From IMG/VR virus record IMGVR_UViG_3300045988_088633: a DNA stretch of 46,663 bases; one strand, 5' to 3'. Shown here in pieces: positions 16,409-25,940 of the stretch. Position 1 is the stretch's first letter; every line of letters starts with the position of its first letter. This DNA is from a virus. The position numbers and the translations under genes were made by a program. A model generated the notes under the pieces. The model did not search any database. It was not told the DNA's origin and saw nothing but the letters and a program-made list of their open reading frames with translations.

Positions 16409-16849
16409 TCAGTTCTCCTCGGGAATCATTGTGCCTGTCATCATTGCAGTGTATGTTACCTGCGCATTAAGTTTTTCGGCGGCATCGCGGCGCGCTTCTT
16501 CCTCTTTGGCGGCTTGTTTGGCGGCTTGCTCGAAAGCCTTTGCGGCGGCATCGGTGGCATCTTTTTCTGCCTGTGCCTTTTCTGCAATATCCGCAAGTTC
16601 CGCATCGGTGTACGGCACATACCGCTGCACTTCTTCGTACTCGTCCCATGCGTCCTGTGCTGGAGTTGTGATTTCCTGCCGAAGCCCATCTGGGAAATCG
16701 GCAGTGACCGTTCTTGTCATTACTTCATACCGCACGGATGCTGGTACAGCTTCGTGATGCACCGTGACACGTTTCGCAGTTTCTAACTTGCCGAGCGTCA
16801 TGTCTGGGTTTTGCAACTCGTGTTCAAGTGTTGCATCGTAAATTTTCAT
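16409..16849 (-). CDS. Hypothetical tail-fibre-associated protein
   Basis: ATG 16849 follows GAGGTG. There is an Ala/Glu/Lys-rich coil near the C-terminus. Confidence 0.5.
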   Translation of the reverse strand: MKIYDATLEHELQNPDMTLGKLETAKRVTVHHEAVPASVRYEVMTRTVTADFPDGLRQEITTPAQDAWDEYEEVQRYVPYTDAELADIAEKAQAEKDATDAAAKAFEQAAKQAAKEEEARRDAAEKLNAQVTYTAMMTGTMIPEEN

Positions 16850-16851
16850 GC

Positions 16852-17364
16852 TCACACCTCTAAGTACCACGTAACGTCCAAGTCGCAGTCCGGCTTAGTG
16901 TCGGCGGTAACTTTTACCGTGACGTTGCTTACGGTCACTGTAAACTCTGTTGTGCCCCTAGCAATCGTTCCAAGATTGCGGCGCTTCGTGGCATCTGTGT
17001 TGGCGTTGCCCGTCTGCGTTGTCAACGGTGGAAGAACGTTTTTAATCGTAAATGTCTCACTGTTGGTGACAGTCTTACTCTGCGTGTACTTGCCGTTTTT
17101 CTCCGTCCAGCCATCCACGGTAAATGTGGCGGTGACTGTCTTAAACTGGTCTTTAATTTTTCCTGTTATTTCTTCCGTTGCCGATGCCACTGCTGATTTT
17201 ACAGCTTGTGGAGTTACTGCAAGACCGCCTTGAGAATCGTTCAAATCGTCTGTCAGCTTTAACAGCCCAGCCGTTTCTTTGCTTCCCATGCCAACGCCGT
17301 CAATTTTTTCGAGAAGCGTGTCAATCTTTTCGCCAGAATATTTTAATCGGTATTCGTCAGGCAT
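16852..17364 (-). CDS. Short tail-fibre-like protein
   Basis: YSGEKIDTLLEKI and GLLKLTDDLNDSQGGLAVTPQAVK are typical fibre N-terminal motifs. RBS GAGGTGG. Confidence 0.5.
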   Translation of the reverse strand: MPDEYRLKYSGEKIDTLLEKIDGVGMGSKETAGLLKLTDDLNDSQGGLAVTPQAVKSAVASATEEITGKIKDQFKTVTATFTVDGWTEKNGKYTQSKTVTNSETFTIKNVLPPLTTQTGNANTDATKRRNLGTIARGTTEFTVTVSNVTVKVTADTKPDCDLDVTWYLEV

Positions 17365-17436
17365 TTAGTCTCACCACCTCTAATGAATAGTTCTGCGCCA
17401 ATAGTGAAGCAACAACTCAATGTTATTACGTTCATT

Positions 17437-18090
17437 TTACTCCACCCATTCAGATTTGTAAAGCCCTTGCTCTGTTAAGCCCAGTTCCTTTGCTGTGGCG
17501 TAGATTTTATCTGCATCGCCTTGCGAAATCGGGCCAATGGTAATCACCTGTAACTTTGACTTAGGCTCATTCACTTCCGGAACGTCGTCTTTATTTACCT
17601 CAACTTCTGAATCATAAACGCCAACGGCATTTGCAAATCCAATATACGCAGTAGGGTTAAGTCCTTTGCCGGTGGCAGATGCGCGAACCTCAAAGTGGCA
17701 ATGCTTGAAAGGCGGGTTTGCGAATGCTGCATTGCCAGTGTTTCCCATAACGGCAATCGGGTCGCCGCTTTTAACTTTCTGCCCAACTTTCACTAGCAAC
17801 TTCTCACAGTGGCAGAAGTACAGGTAATTTACGACATCTGGCGTTTGGTTTGCGTCCAGCTTAACGCAGACATAATAGCCCCATTCCCATGTCTTATTGC
17901 GCTTGTCAGTTACAATTCGTGCTGTCATAACATGGCCAGTGATTTCTTTGCCATAGTACGACGGAAAGCGAATCGTTGAATCGTCCAGGCCGTCAACATC
18001 AGCACCACCGTGCCAAATTTTTCCGTTTCCGCGAGTGTATCCATAGCGCGAGTACGGGAAACGGATTCTGTTTCTACCGTCAAAAAGCAT
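17437..18090 (-). CDS. M23 (LytM-type) peptidoglycan endopeptidase with 46-aa C-terminal module
   Basis: HGGAD (HxxxD) and HCHFE (HxH) motifs are present. ATG 18090 lies 8 nt after AAGGAG. It is the only peptidoglycan hydrolase I recognise in the genome. Confidence 0.8.
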   Translation of the reverse strand: MLFDGRNRIRFPYSRYGYTRGNGKIWHGGADVDGLDDSTIRFPSYYGKEITGHVMTARIVTDKRNKTWEWGYYVCVKLDANQTPDVVNYLYFCHCEKLLVKVGQKVKSGDPIAVMGNTGNAAFANPPFKHCHFEVRASATGKGLNPTAYIGFANAVGVYDSEVEVNKDDVPEVNEPKSKLQVITIGPISQGDADKIYATAKELGLTEQGLYKSEWVE

Positions 18091-18095
18091 GAAAA

Positions 18096-18317
18096 TCACT
18101 CCTTTTCTGCTTCTTCTGTTTCCTCTTGTTCTTCTTTTATGCCGACTTGTTCTTGCGTTTGTTGTGCCTGCTCGTCAGCTTCGTTCTTCATTGTCGCATT
18201 AACCTTGAGCAAAGCATTTTCAAGAACAAGGGACTTTACCATAAGCGGCATCTGTGAAGAATTTATTGCGTTCAGAACATTGGTTTGAAGTTGAATAATA
18301 AGTTCATTATCCGACAT
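18096..18317 (-). CDS. Hypothetical acidic protein (73 aa)
   Basis: RBS AAGGAG. Glu-rich tail. Confidence 0.5.
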   Translation of the reverse strand: MSDNELIIQLQTNVLNAINSSQMPLMVKSLVLENALLKVNATMKNEADEQAQQTQEQVGIKEEQEETEEAEKE

Positions 18318-18339
18318 AATAGTCTCTCCTTGCCTAAGT

Positions 18340-20787
18340 TTAAATATACTGACCGTTTCTTTTTATCGACCTGCACTCAAGCTCTCCGTCAAAAGAAACA
18401 TGAGGCCTTCCGTCTGCGCTTGTTGATATAGAAAAAAATGTATTTGTATTATTGTCTGTGTTGCTGGAATCGTTTAGCACAAAGCATCCGTGACCATAGT
18501 TATCCGTAAAGAGACGAGCATACTGATTCCCATAGGAATTTTTTAAATAAAAAACTGCGCCTGTTAAAGATGAATACAATGCAGCCTGTTCAGTCCCATC
18601 TCCGAATACATTGATACTACCCATTGAAGAATTTCCGCCAGTTCCATAAAAACGCAAAACCAAGTTATTCATGCTGGAAGAATTTGTTCTATAAAAATCA
18701 ATCATGCCGGACGAAATATGCACTTCGTTTCTTCCTGCGCCATTTATGCCGTTGTTTGCATTAAAAGTTCCTGTTATAGATACAGAGCCACTTGGCGACA
18801 GCTTGAAGTTTGTACTGTCTACCACAAGTGTGTTCGACTTGAACGTTATTACTCCGCTTTGTATTGTGCAATTACTTGAATCAAGCGCAAACTTTGAACG
18901 AATTTCACCGTTCTTTACAACAGTTGCAGAAAGACCATCAATACCGACCTTTAACTCCGTGTTAGTTGCAAACTGGTTGAGGTTAAGTTCCCCTGCTGAA
19001 ATTACAGTCCCGTCTTTTGTTAGTGAAATAATGGATTCTTTGTTTGACGCAAATGTAATTACAGGATTCTTAATAGAAATGCTACCTGTTCCGCCGTAAA
19101 TATACGCATAGAAATATACCTTTGTAGGAGTTTCATCTTTTGAAGTAAATTTAACTGTCGCAGTCTGCCAGTCTGACGGCTCCGGATTTTTTAAGAAGTC
19201 AACTATTCTTATGTCTGTATTTCCACTTGCATAATTAAGCCACACAACAACTGCTGAACTTTTTGTTGGCGATGCAATAGATACTGTTTCGTTTACCTTG
19301 TAGTCAACGGAAATTGATGCATAAGCTCCTTTAATCGCACTTAGATTCTTGATTGGCATATAATACGCTGCGCCACTCCTTGCATCTGGTTCGCTTGAAC
19401 CTGGTGCAATAACAGTAGCAACATTATTTTCATCAAATGTGGCAGAACCAGTCGTTCCGGTAGAATGTGTACTAGTTGAAAAACCGTCCATCAAGTTATC
19501 GCTTGCGGTTTTCTCTGATACAGAAATGTTAATCTTCTTTATGCCAATGTCAATGGCAGCGTTCATTTCCTCTGTTGTGGAATATTCCGACAACCTAGCG
19601 CTGATTCCGTCAACACTTGCTTTCAACTCGACTATTTTCTGACGAGCGTTATACTGCGCATTGTTTACGGCAGTAGTCGTGTTGCGGTTAGCATTACCAA
19701 CGCTCTCAAAAGTGCATTTGCCACCACTGTGCTTTACGCTTGTAATCCAAGTGTCGAACTCATTTTTGCCGTCACTTACAGTTACAATATCGCCAACCTT
19801 GATTTCAAGTGTCTCCGGTGTCTGAATATTTGAACAAGGAACATAGGTAATGTTATTCAGACCATCGTACAGATTCTTAACATACGGACGCAACGCTGCA
19901 TCGGAAGTTGTCGAAAGAAGCTGATTACCTTGAATGATAAGCGCGTTAGTGCCTTGTTCGTCAGCCGGATAAATAACGCCGACATCATCATCAGATTGTC
20001 TAACTTGTACTTTATCAATTTTTTGAACCGTAAAATCAGAGAAAGTAAGCGCGTTAATAAAATACGGAATGCCATCCGGTGTCTTTTCACCATCCGCAGT
20101 AATAAGAGCACGAGGAACATTGTCAAACAGCCGTTTTGAAACAACGTCAAACAAATAATAGCTAGGAATATTGCCCTTGCTCTTATTCGGCATAATTGCC
20201 ACATTACTATTCTTTTTGTACCAGTTAAATGACAGCTTGCCGTCTGCATCGGCAATGCAGAAGCAGCCGGACGCAGAGCATACCATCTTCATCAGGTCTC
20301 TAGCCTTAACGCCAGAACCGGTGAACTTCTGAACTTGGTAGTCCTTGTTAAGACGAGGTTCGTTTGCAAGCTCCAACTCGCACTTAGCGGCGAGCGCTGC
20401 TGCAAATTCTTTAATTGTGATAGGGAAAGTAAGAGCGTTGAGCCATTCCGAAACATCAACATCAAGTAGCGTGACGTTATCGTAGGCAGTCACTTTATAC
20501 TTGTTTGAGCCTGTCTTTTCCGGCTTGTCGCACGTGAAAACGCCAATTTTTGTTTCTATGCCAATGTCGTTATCATCCTTGTAAACCTTGTAATATGTCA
20601 GTACCGTTCCTTGTGTTACGCTAAGAGCGCTGTCGGAATTGACCCAAAACTCAATCTCAACAGCGCTCGCGCACACAGAACCGGGTGCGATGTCACTGTC
20701 AGAGTTTGATGAAGTAGTCCAGTCAACGCCAACAATGTTGCTTTGAAGCGATGTTCCGTCCGCTAAAACAAACTTATCTTGAAACAT
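18340..20787 (-). CDS. Tail tip / tail-associated minor structural protein (Tal-like)
   Basis: 815 aa immediately after a Dit-position gene and the tape measure. The N-terminus resembles the phage minor structural protein N-terminal region. Confidence 0.6.
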   Translation of the reverse strand: MFQDKFVLADGTSLQSNIVGVDWTTSSNSDSDIAPGSVCASAVEIEFWVNSDSALSVTQGTVLTYYKVYKDDNDIGIETKIGVFTCDKPEKTGSNKYKVTAYDNVTLLDVDVSEWLNALTFPITIKEFAAALAAKCELELANEPRLNKDYQVQKFTGSGVKARDLMKMVCSASGCFCIADADGKLSFNWYKKNSNVAIMPNKSKGNIPSYYLFDVVSKRLFDNVPRALITADGEKTPDGIPYFINALTFSDFTVQKIDKVQVRQSDDDVGVIYPADEQGTNALIIQGNQLLSTTSDAALRPYVKNLYDGLNNITYVPCSNIQTPETLEIKVGDIVTVSDGKNEFDTWITSVKHSGGKCTFESVGNANRNTTTAVNNAQYNARQKIVELKASVDGISARLSEYSTTEEMNAAIDIGIKKINISVSEKTASDNLMDGFSTSTHSTGTTGSATFDENNVATVIAPGSSEPDARSGAAYYMPIKNLSAIKGAYASISVDYKVNETVSIASPTKSSAVVVWLNYASGNTDIRIVDFLKNPEPSDWQTATVKFTSKDETPTKVYFYAYIYGGTGSISIKNPVITFASNKESIISLTKDGTVISAGELNLNQFATNTELKVGIDGLSATVVKNGEIRSKFALDSSNCTIQSGVITFKSNTLVVDSTNFKLSPSGSVSITGTFNANNGINGAGRNEVHISSGMIDFYRTNSSSMNNLVLRFYGTGGNSSMGSINVFGDGTEQAALYSSLTGAVFYLKNSYGNQYARLFTDNYGHGCFVLNDSSNTDNNTNTFFSISTSADGRPHVSFDGELECRSIKRNGQYI

Positions 20788-20818
20788 CTAAAACACCACC
20801 GTTCTTGTTGTTCTTATT

Positions 20819-21217
20819 TTACGCTCCCGTGCCGATAATGTCAAACTTAAAATCTCTATACAGGCCATTATAAAAATATGTGCTGTAAGAAGAACCACTT
20901 GAAGTGGAGCAATATGCCTCAAATGTTTCGGGAGTTCCATCCTCTTTCGGGCAAGTAAACTGAAACGTCTTGCCTTGAACGAGGTTATTCATGTAAGCTA
21001 ACTGCTCTTTAGTAACAGCCTTGTAAGAGAACTTCGCTTTAGGGATTCTCCGTTTGACCCACTCGATGTGCATAACCCCATCTTGTGTGCGGCCAGACCC
21101 CTCTGCTGCAATGGAGTTCCATTCCATCTGAATGCCACCGTCAGCATCAGGCTCATATAAGGGCGTTCCATCAACGAAAAATTGCGTTGACAGAGGCCTG
21201 TCAAGCGGACTTGCCAT
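20819..21217 (-). CDS. Putative distal tail protein (short form)
   Basis: Called on position only (between the tape measure and Tal). 132 aa is short for a Dit. Confidence 0.35.
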   Translation of the reverse strand: MASPLDRPLSTQFFVDGTPLYEPDADGGIQMEWNSIAAEGSGRTQDGVMHIEWVKRRIPKAKFSYKAVTKEQLAYMNNLVQGKTFQFTCPKEDGTPETFEAYCSTSSGSSYSTYFYNGLYRDFKFDIIGTGA

Positions 21218-21219
21218 TG

Positions 21220-23691
21220 TTATGCACCCCCATTGATTACTGCTTGCTTACGATTGTATCTGGAAGCCGCTTTGCCAATCACATCATCGCCAATGCTAAC
21301 TTCGAGTTGATTGTCATTGATTGCTTGAACAACAGCCATGCACCCTTGCCAGAACACATCTGCAAGGCTCGCATTTGCATTCATTTGTGCTTGCGTGAAA
21401 GAACCCATGTCGTTGCCGAACTGCCCGGAAACGCTGTCTACGCCGAGCATAGGTACTGTCATTGCAGACTTCATGCCGGAAGCAAGGTTATTAACACTAG
21501 AATATACCAAGTCTGCGTTAGTGTCAATACCATTTGCAAGACCGCGCATAAAATCAGGCATCCACTTCTCGTAATCGCGAAGAACGCCCTCGTCAGGACG
21601 CGAGAAGTGAAGAACGGATGCAATACCTTGAGCAACTGCGTCAGCGGCGCTCTTAGCCCATTCCTTTGCCCTTCTGATACCGTCAGACAAACCTTGCACA
21701 AAGTCAGAACCCCAGCCTTTGGCGGTTTCTTTCATCTTGGAAAGGTCGAGCGCTTCCTTGACTTTTCTAATTGCACTACGGACTTTTTCAATAAATCCGT
21801 TAATGCCATTAGTCAAACCTTGGACAATGTTTTCACCAAAGCCCTTAAAGACAGTGGACGGAGAATGGATTCCGAAAATGTCCTTAAACCAGTCGATGAC
21901 GCTATTCCACTTTTCTTTCCACCACTGCTTAAATCCAGCCCAAGCATCTTGAATTCCTTGAATAATACCGGGAATAATCTCTTGCGCCCACTGAATTATG
22001 CCATCAACGAAGTTTCTAAATTCCTCGTTTTCGTCATACAGCTTGACGAAAATGGCAATAAGCGCAGCGATTGCGGCGATAACTAAGCTAACGGGGTTTG
22101 TAAGCACACCGATAACAATTGTAACGGCAGAAATAGCAACTTTAGCCGCGGCGATTGCGGCAATGACTGCGGCAATTACGCCAGCAACATAGCCAATCTT
22201 CTCCGAAATCTTAGAGATTGTATCGCCGTGCTCGTCGATGAAGCCAAAAATGTCTTGAATTTTGTCATAAACAGGGCCAAGTGCTTCTCTTATAAACTTG
22301 TAAATCACAGTTGCAGCGTCAGAGAATCCTTGAATAAAACCGCTTGCGAACGGAGCAATAATATTGTTAATGACGATTGACAGGTCGTTCATAGTATCTT
22401 CAAGCAACGTCAGCGCATCATTGAACAGCAGTGCGCCGATGCGACCCTCTCCAAAGAAGTTGTCAAAGAACGATGTATCGGCCATTTTTGCAAGATTGTC
22501 GATAGATTGCCATAGATTACTTGCGGCAGACTTCAAACCTTCGGAGTGTTCATCCCATATTGCACGCATCCTGTCTAGTGCCGCACGGAACGGTTCAACA
22601 AGGTCGTTCATGCTGGATTCAACTTCTGCACGCTCCCACATCGCAGATGGGTCAACACCAAGAGTAGCGCCAGCTCCGCCGCCTTGCGAACTTTGCACAA
22701 CTTCGAGTTCGTCAAAACCAGCAAGAAACGCTTTTTGAGCTTTGCTGCCAGATTTCAGAGAGTTCGCGTAGTTGACATTGTTCTTAATTGCCTTGTTATA
22801 GAACGAACGGCCAGTTAGCGCGGAAAGGAAGTGCGAAAGAACATTAAATGCGTTCGCGATAGCAGATGCAAGCATATTAAATGCGGGAGTTAATGCGGAG
22901 ATGATGGGTTCTACCGCCGCCATAATTGCGTTACGTGCGAACAGCAAGTTAGATGCAATAGACGAAATGTTGTCATTGAAGCTGGCAATAGCACCAGTTG
23001 CACCTGTGTCAAACTGCTCCGACCAAATGGCCATTGCGTTTGCGGATTCTTTCGCAGCGTTTGTGATTGACTTAATTACGCCGCGAACTATACGATAAAA
23101 TGTGATATTTTTGACAGAACGAACCAGTTGTGCAAGAAATGTATTGTTCTCTTTTGTTGCCTTTTTTACTGGTTCGCCCATATCTTCAACTGAATCGTTT
23201 ACTTCCTCTTGTGAAGCGTAAAAATCATCCAGTTTCTGTTTTGCGACTTCAAGTTGAACGCCGTAAGAAGCAAGTTTTTGCTGCGCCTGTGATAGAGCTA
23301 ACTGCTTTTTAGCCAAAGCAATATTGCTTTTATCCATAGCAGCATCATCGTCATCATCAATTTCATCTTGCAAGTATTCCAAGCGTTCTATTTCTGCTGC
23401 AAGAATGTTTATTTTTGCTGCTTGATTTTCAAATGCAGCGCTTGCGCTTGCAACCGCGCTTTGAAGTCTTGCTTCCTGAGAATCAAATTCATCAAGTCCG
23501 AGACCGTCTAACGCTGCGTGAGCGGCTTCTGCTTGCTCCGCGATTGACGATGCAATGTTTCCTTGGGAAGTTGCATTTAGCGTGTCTTGTAGTGTTCTGC
23601 TTGTATCTCTAAGAGAATCCATAAGTTCTGATAGAGCATTTATAGCGCCTTTAGCATCGGAGTTAATTTCAAAACCGAGGTCATCAGCCAT
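21220..23691 (-). CDS. Tape measure protein
   Basis: 823 aa with a coiled-coil N-terminal part and long hydrophobic stretches (IGYVAGVIAAVIAAIAAAKVAISAVTIVIGVL...). It lies after the G/GT chaperones. Confidence 0.85.
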   Translation of the reverse strand: MADDLGFEINSDAKGAINALSELMDSLRDTSRTLQDTLNATSQGNIASSIAEQAEAAHAALDGLGLDEFDSQEARLQSAVASASAAFENQAAKINILAAEIERLEYLQDEIDDDDDAAMDKSNIALAKKQLALSQAQQKLASYGVQLEVAKQKLDDFYASQEEVNDSVEDMGEPVKKATKENNTFLAQLVRSVKNITFYRIVRGVIKSITNAAKESANAMAIWSEQFDTGATGAIASFNDNISSIASNLLFARNAIMAAVEPIISALTPAFNMLASAIANAFNVLSHFLSALTGRSFYNKAIKNNVNYANSLKSGSKAQKAFLAGFDELEVVQSSQGGGAGATLGVDPSAMWERAEVESSMNDLVEPFRAALDRMRAIWDEHSEGLKSAASNLWQSIDNLAKMADTSFFDNFFGEGRIGALLFNDALTLLEDTMNDLSIVINNIIAPFASGFIQGFSDAATVIYKFIREALGPVYDKIQDIFGFIDEHGDTISKISEKIGYVAGVIAAVIAAIAAAKVAISAVTIVIGVLTNPVSLVIAAIAALIAIFVKLYDENEEFRNFVDGIIQWAQEIIPGIIQGIQDAWAGFKQWWKEKWNSVIDWFKDIFGIHSPSTVFKGFGENIVQGLTNGINGFIEKVRSAIRKVKEALDLSKMKETAKGWGSDFVQGLSDGIRRAKEWAKSAADAVAQGIASVLHFSRPDEGVLRDYEKWMPDFMRGLANGIDTNADLVYSSVNNLASGMKSAMTVPMLGVDSVSGQFGNDMGSFTQAQMNANASLADVFWQGCMAVVQAINDNQLEVSIGDDVIGKAASRYNRKQAVINGGA

Positions 23692-24061
23692 TTATCTCAC
23701 CACTCTCCCGTTTGTGTTTTTCTTTAATCATCTTGTTCCACTCCAAAGACCAAGCATAGAATTTAGCGGCATCCGCGTTCATTCTAGCTGTTTTTTCTTG
23801 CTCTGGCTTGGAAGTCAAATTCAATTCTGTGGGCTTGTCTGGATATGCCGTCTTGCCAAAAGAAGCACCGAGGGCGCGAAGAACATACGCTCCGTTAAGC
23901 CATGCGGAGACATTGTTCGTTTCAAGCGTCAGGTCGGTTTTTATCTTGAAAGCGTCATAAAATGGTTGCAGCAAAAAGGGGTTGAGCGACCAGAATGTGT
24001 CATACCCAACCCCCATTGCCAATGCTTGCGGTAGCCACCCTTTATAGATGGCATCGCGCAT
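23684..24061 (-). CDS. Tail assembly chaperone, T part (probably expressed as a G-T fusion by -1 frameshift)
   Basis: There is no RBS before ATG 24061. Its frame is open back to the slippery site at 24142-24148 and is -1 relative to the upstream gene. Confidence 0.65.
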   Translation of the reverse strand: MRDAIYKGWLPQALAMGVGYDTFWSLNPFLLQPFYDAFKIKTDLTLETNNVSAWLNGAYVLRALGASFGKTAYPDKPTELNLTSKPEQEKTARMNADAAKFYAWSLEWNKMIKEKHKRESGEING

Positions 24062-24072
24062 ATTTTTGTATT

Positions 24073-24393
24073 TTACGCTTTCTTTGCGGGAACTTTCTGC
24101 ACAGTTGCTTTCCCCGCGTCCGCTTTCTTGGCGAGAGCGCGAAAAAAACCGCTTTTCTCCATTGATTCAGTCATAACACTGACAAGTTCCTTGAGGTCGT
24201 TCCCTTCCTCGACGTACTTCTCAATGTCAGCACCAGCTTCCTCAACAGTCTCGTCCAGAGCCAGCGCAACGAAAGCGCGAAGCGTAGACAGAGTTTTGCC
24301 GCTTGAGCCAAGGTCGATGCCCATGTCCTCAAGTGCGCAAACATGATTGAATGTGACTTCCATTACGGAAAAGTCTTTGCCGTTAATTTTCAT
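24073..24393 (-). CDS. Tail assembly chaperone (gpG-like)
   Basis: 106 aa between the major tail protein and the tape measure. RBS AAAGGAG. It contains the U UUU UUU heptamer. Confidence 0.7.
   Translation of the reverse strand: MKINGKDFSVMEVTFNHVCALEDMGIDLGSSGKTLSTLRAFVALALDETVEEAGADIEKYVEEGNDLKELVSVMTESMEKSGFFRALAKKADAGKATVQKVPAKKA
24142..24148 (-). promoter_or_regulatory. -1 programmed ribosomal frameshift slippery heptamer (U UUU UUU)
   Basis: In the zero frame it reads GG-U UUU UUU-CGC. I checked codon by codon that the -1 frame has no stop from here to 24061. Confidence 0.65.
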
Positions 24394-24518
24394 AATTGCT
24401 CTCCTTTAACTATGAGTTAGGCTTTATAGTTTTGCGCTCCCACCTCGCCCAATGAAGGGCGCAAGGCACGGAGTAGGGGAACTTCCCCATACTCCGCAGG
24501 AGAGCGCCTTGCTGTTAG

Positions 24519-24938
24519 TTAAGCAGACGGTTTCTCGGTTTTGACCTCGGAATCGCAAGTGACGATAATCTTAGCTTCCACAGCTGCGCCAGTGCCAGCA
24601 CCGGAGACATAAGTGGAAACCTGACCGGAGAAGTAGAAAGAACCCTCACCGCCAGCGCCGTCATTGCCGAAGTCCAGTTCAAAGAAATGCTTTGCATTAT
24701 CATCGAGAGCCTTGACCTTTGTGAAGTCAGCCTTAGTGTAGTTGTAAGTAAACTCAAAACTACCAGTGTCTTGCAGACCTTGAATGTACCGCTTCATCTT
24801 GTCACTAAGAGTAGTGACTTCGATAGTGTCAGGGGCAGAGCCAAGGTCGGGAAAATCCTTGATGTCAACCAGCTTGGTATAAGCGCCAGCGGCTGTATCA
24901 GAGGTCTTGAGAATTACATTATAGCTTGAAATAGCCAT
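24519..24938 (-). CDS. Major tail protein
   Basis: 139 aa in the expected position. The motif IKDFPDLGSAPDTIEVTTLSD is typical of TP901-1/phi13-like major tail proteins. Confidence 0.7.
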   Translation of the reverse strand: MAISSYNVILKTSDTAAGAYTKLVDIKDFPDLGSAPDTIEVTTLSDKMKRYIQGLQDTGSFEFTYNYTKADFTKVKALDDNAKHFFELDFGNDGAGGEGSFYFSGQVSTYVSGAGTGAAVEAKIIVTCDSEVKTEKPSA

Positions 24939-24944
24939 TTAATT

Positions 24945-25352
24945 TTACCCCCTGTAAGTTGTGTCTGTTTCAGTGTTAATGATGGCAGTAAAACGCATAA
25001 CTACCCGTTGATATTTCTGCGTCTTATCGCCCATGTTTGGGTCATGGGAATCCATTTGAAACCCTAGTTCCTGCATTGCGTTGGCTGCAAGATTTGCGAT
25101 AGAAGCGGCGCTTTCTCGGTCATTCTCGCCTTGCGTGTATACATTCACATCAAAAGCATAACGTACATGATGCCAACCAGCAGAATCATAAGTCGAACTT
25201 AGCGCACTGGCATCCGTCTGTGTGACGATAACGGCAGGGTAATGTGTGTCGCCAGTGTTTGCACCGGCATAAACCCGAATACCGCTAACTTCGCCTTTCA
25301 GCTTCGAGAGAAGATACTTACGAATATCAATTTCATAATTCTTAATATCCAC
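24945..25352 (-). CDS. Tail terminator / tail completion protein
   Basis: Called on position and size. The GTG start lies 7 nt after AAAGGAG. Confidence 0.45.
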   Translation of the reverse strand: MDIKNYEIDIRKYLLSKLKGEVSGIRVYAGANTGDTHYPAVIVTQTDASALSSTYDSAGWHHVRYAFDVNVYTQGENDRESAASIANLAANAMQELGFQMDSHDPNMGDKTQKYQRVVMRFTAIINTETDTTYRG

Positions 25353-25353
25353 A

Positions 25354-25935
25354 TTACTTCTCCTTTAGCTGGATTCCATGTTGCGCGAAAGATGTGCGAA
25401 CCCATGTAGGCATATTTTTCTTGACTTCTTGAACAGTCAGGTACATAGGTGCTTGAGCCTTTTGGCCGCAAGTGAAAATGTGCTTTTGGCCTGTTTTGGG
25501 GTCTGTGTATGGCATATCTCCGGGTGGAATCCACTGCCCGTAAGGAACGTGCAATATTTTTCCGTTCTTCATGGTAATATATTCATCATTACCGGAATGT
25601 TTACCGGAATTGTAATTCCAAGTACCGCCCTCTGGGTCTGGATTTCCACCGGGAAATGTGCCAACACCGTTAAGGCCAGTGCCATACTCAACAAACTTTG
25701 CGTTGATGTCGTGATTGTAAATTCGTGCGCGGTAACTCTTACCAGTTGACTGCCACTCAACATCCACGCCATCTGCGTCTGCAAGTCTGCCGGAGTATTC
25801 AGCTTTAGCACGTTCTACAACATAATCATGCGCGGATTCAGTGTATTTCTGAATATCCTTTGCCATGATGTCATATTGTTTAACAAGCTCTTTTATACCC
25901 TTTGTTCCGAGCCATACTCGCCTTACACTAGGCAT
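25354..25935 (-). CDS. HK97-gp10-like head-tail joining protein (with insertion)
   Basis: AKFVEYGTG matches the gp10 family. ATG 25935 follows AGGTGA. Confidence 0.45.
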   Translation of the reverse strand: MPSVRRVWLGTKGIKELVKQYDIMAKDIQKYTESAHDYVVERAKAEYSGRLADADGVDVEWQSTGKSYRARIYNHDINAKFVEYGTGLNGVGTFPGGNPDPEGGTWNYNSGKHSGNDEYITMKNGKILHVPYGQWIPPGDMPYTDPKTGQKHIFTCGQKAQAPMYLTVQEVKKNMPTWVRTSFAQHGIQLKEK

Positions 25936-25940
25936 TGGAA

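Noticed and set aside
17365-17436. 32-codon hydrophobic mini-ORF (ATG about 17432) between the M23 peptidase and the short fibre gene
   Set aside because: The GGAG is only 4 nt from the ATG. The ORF runs into the next gene's RBS and start in another frame. The evidence is too weak to call it.
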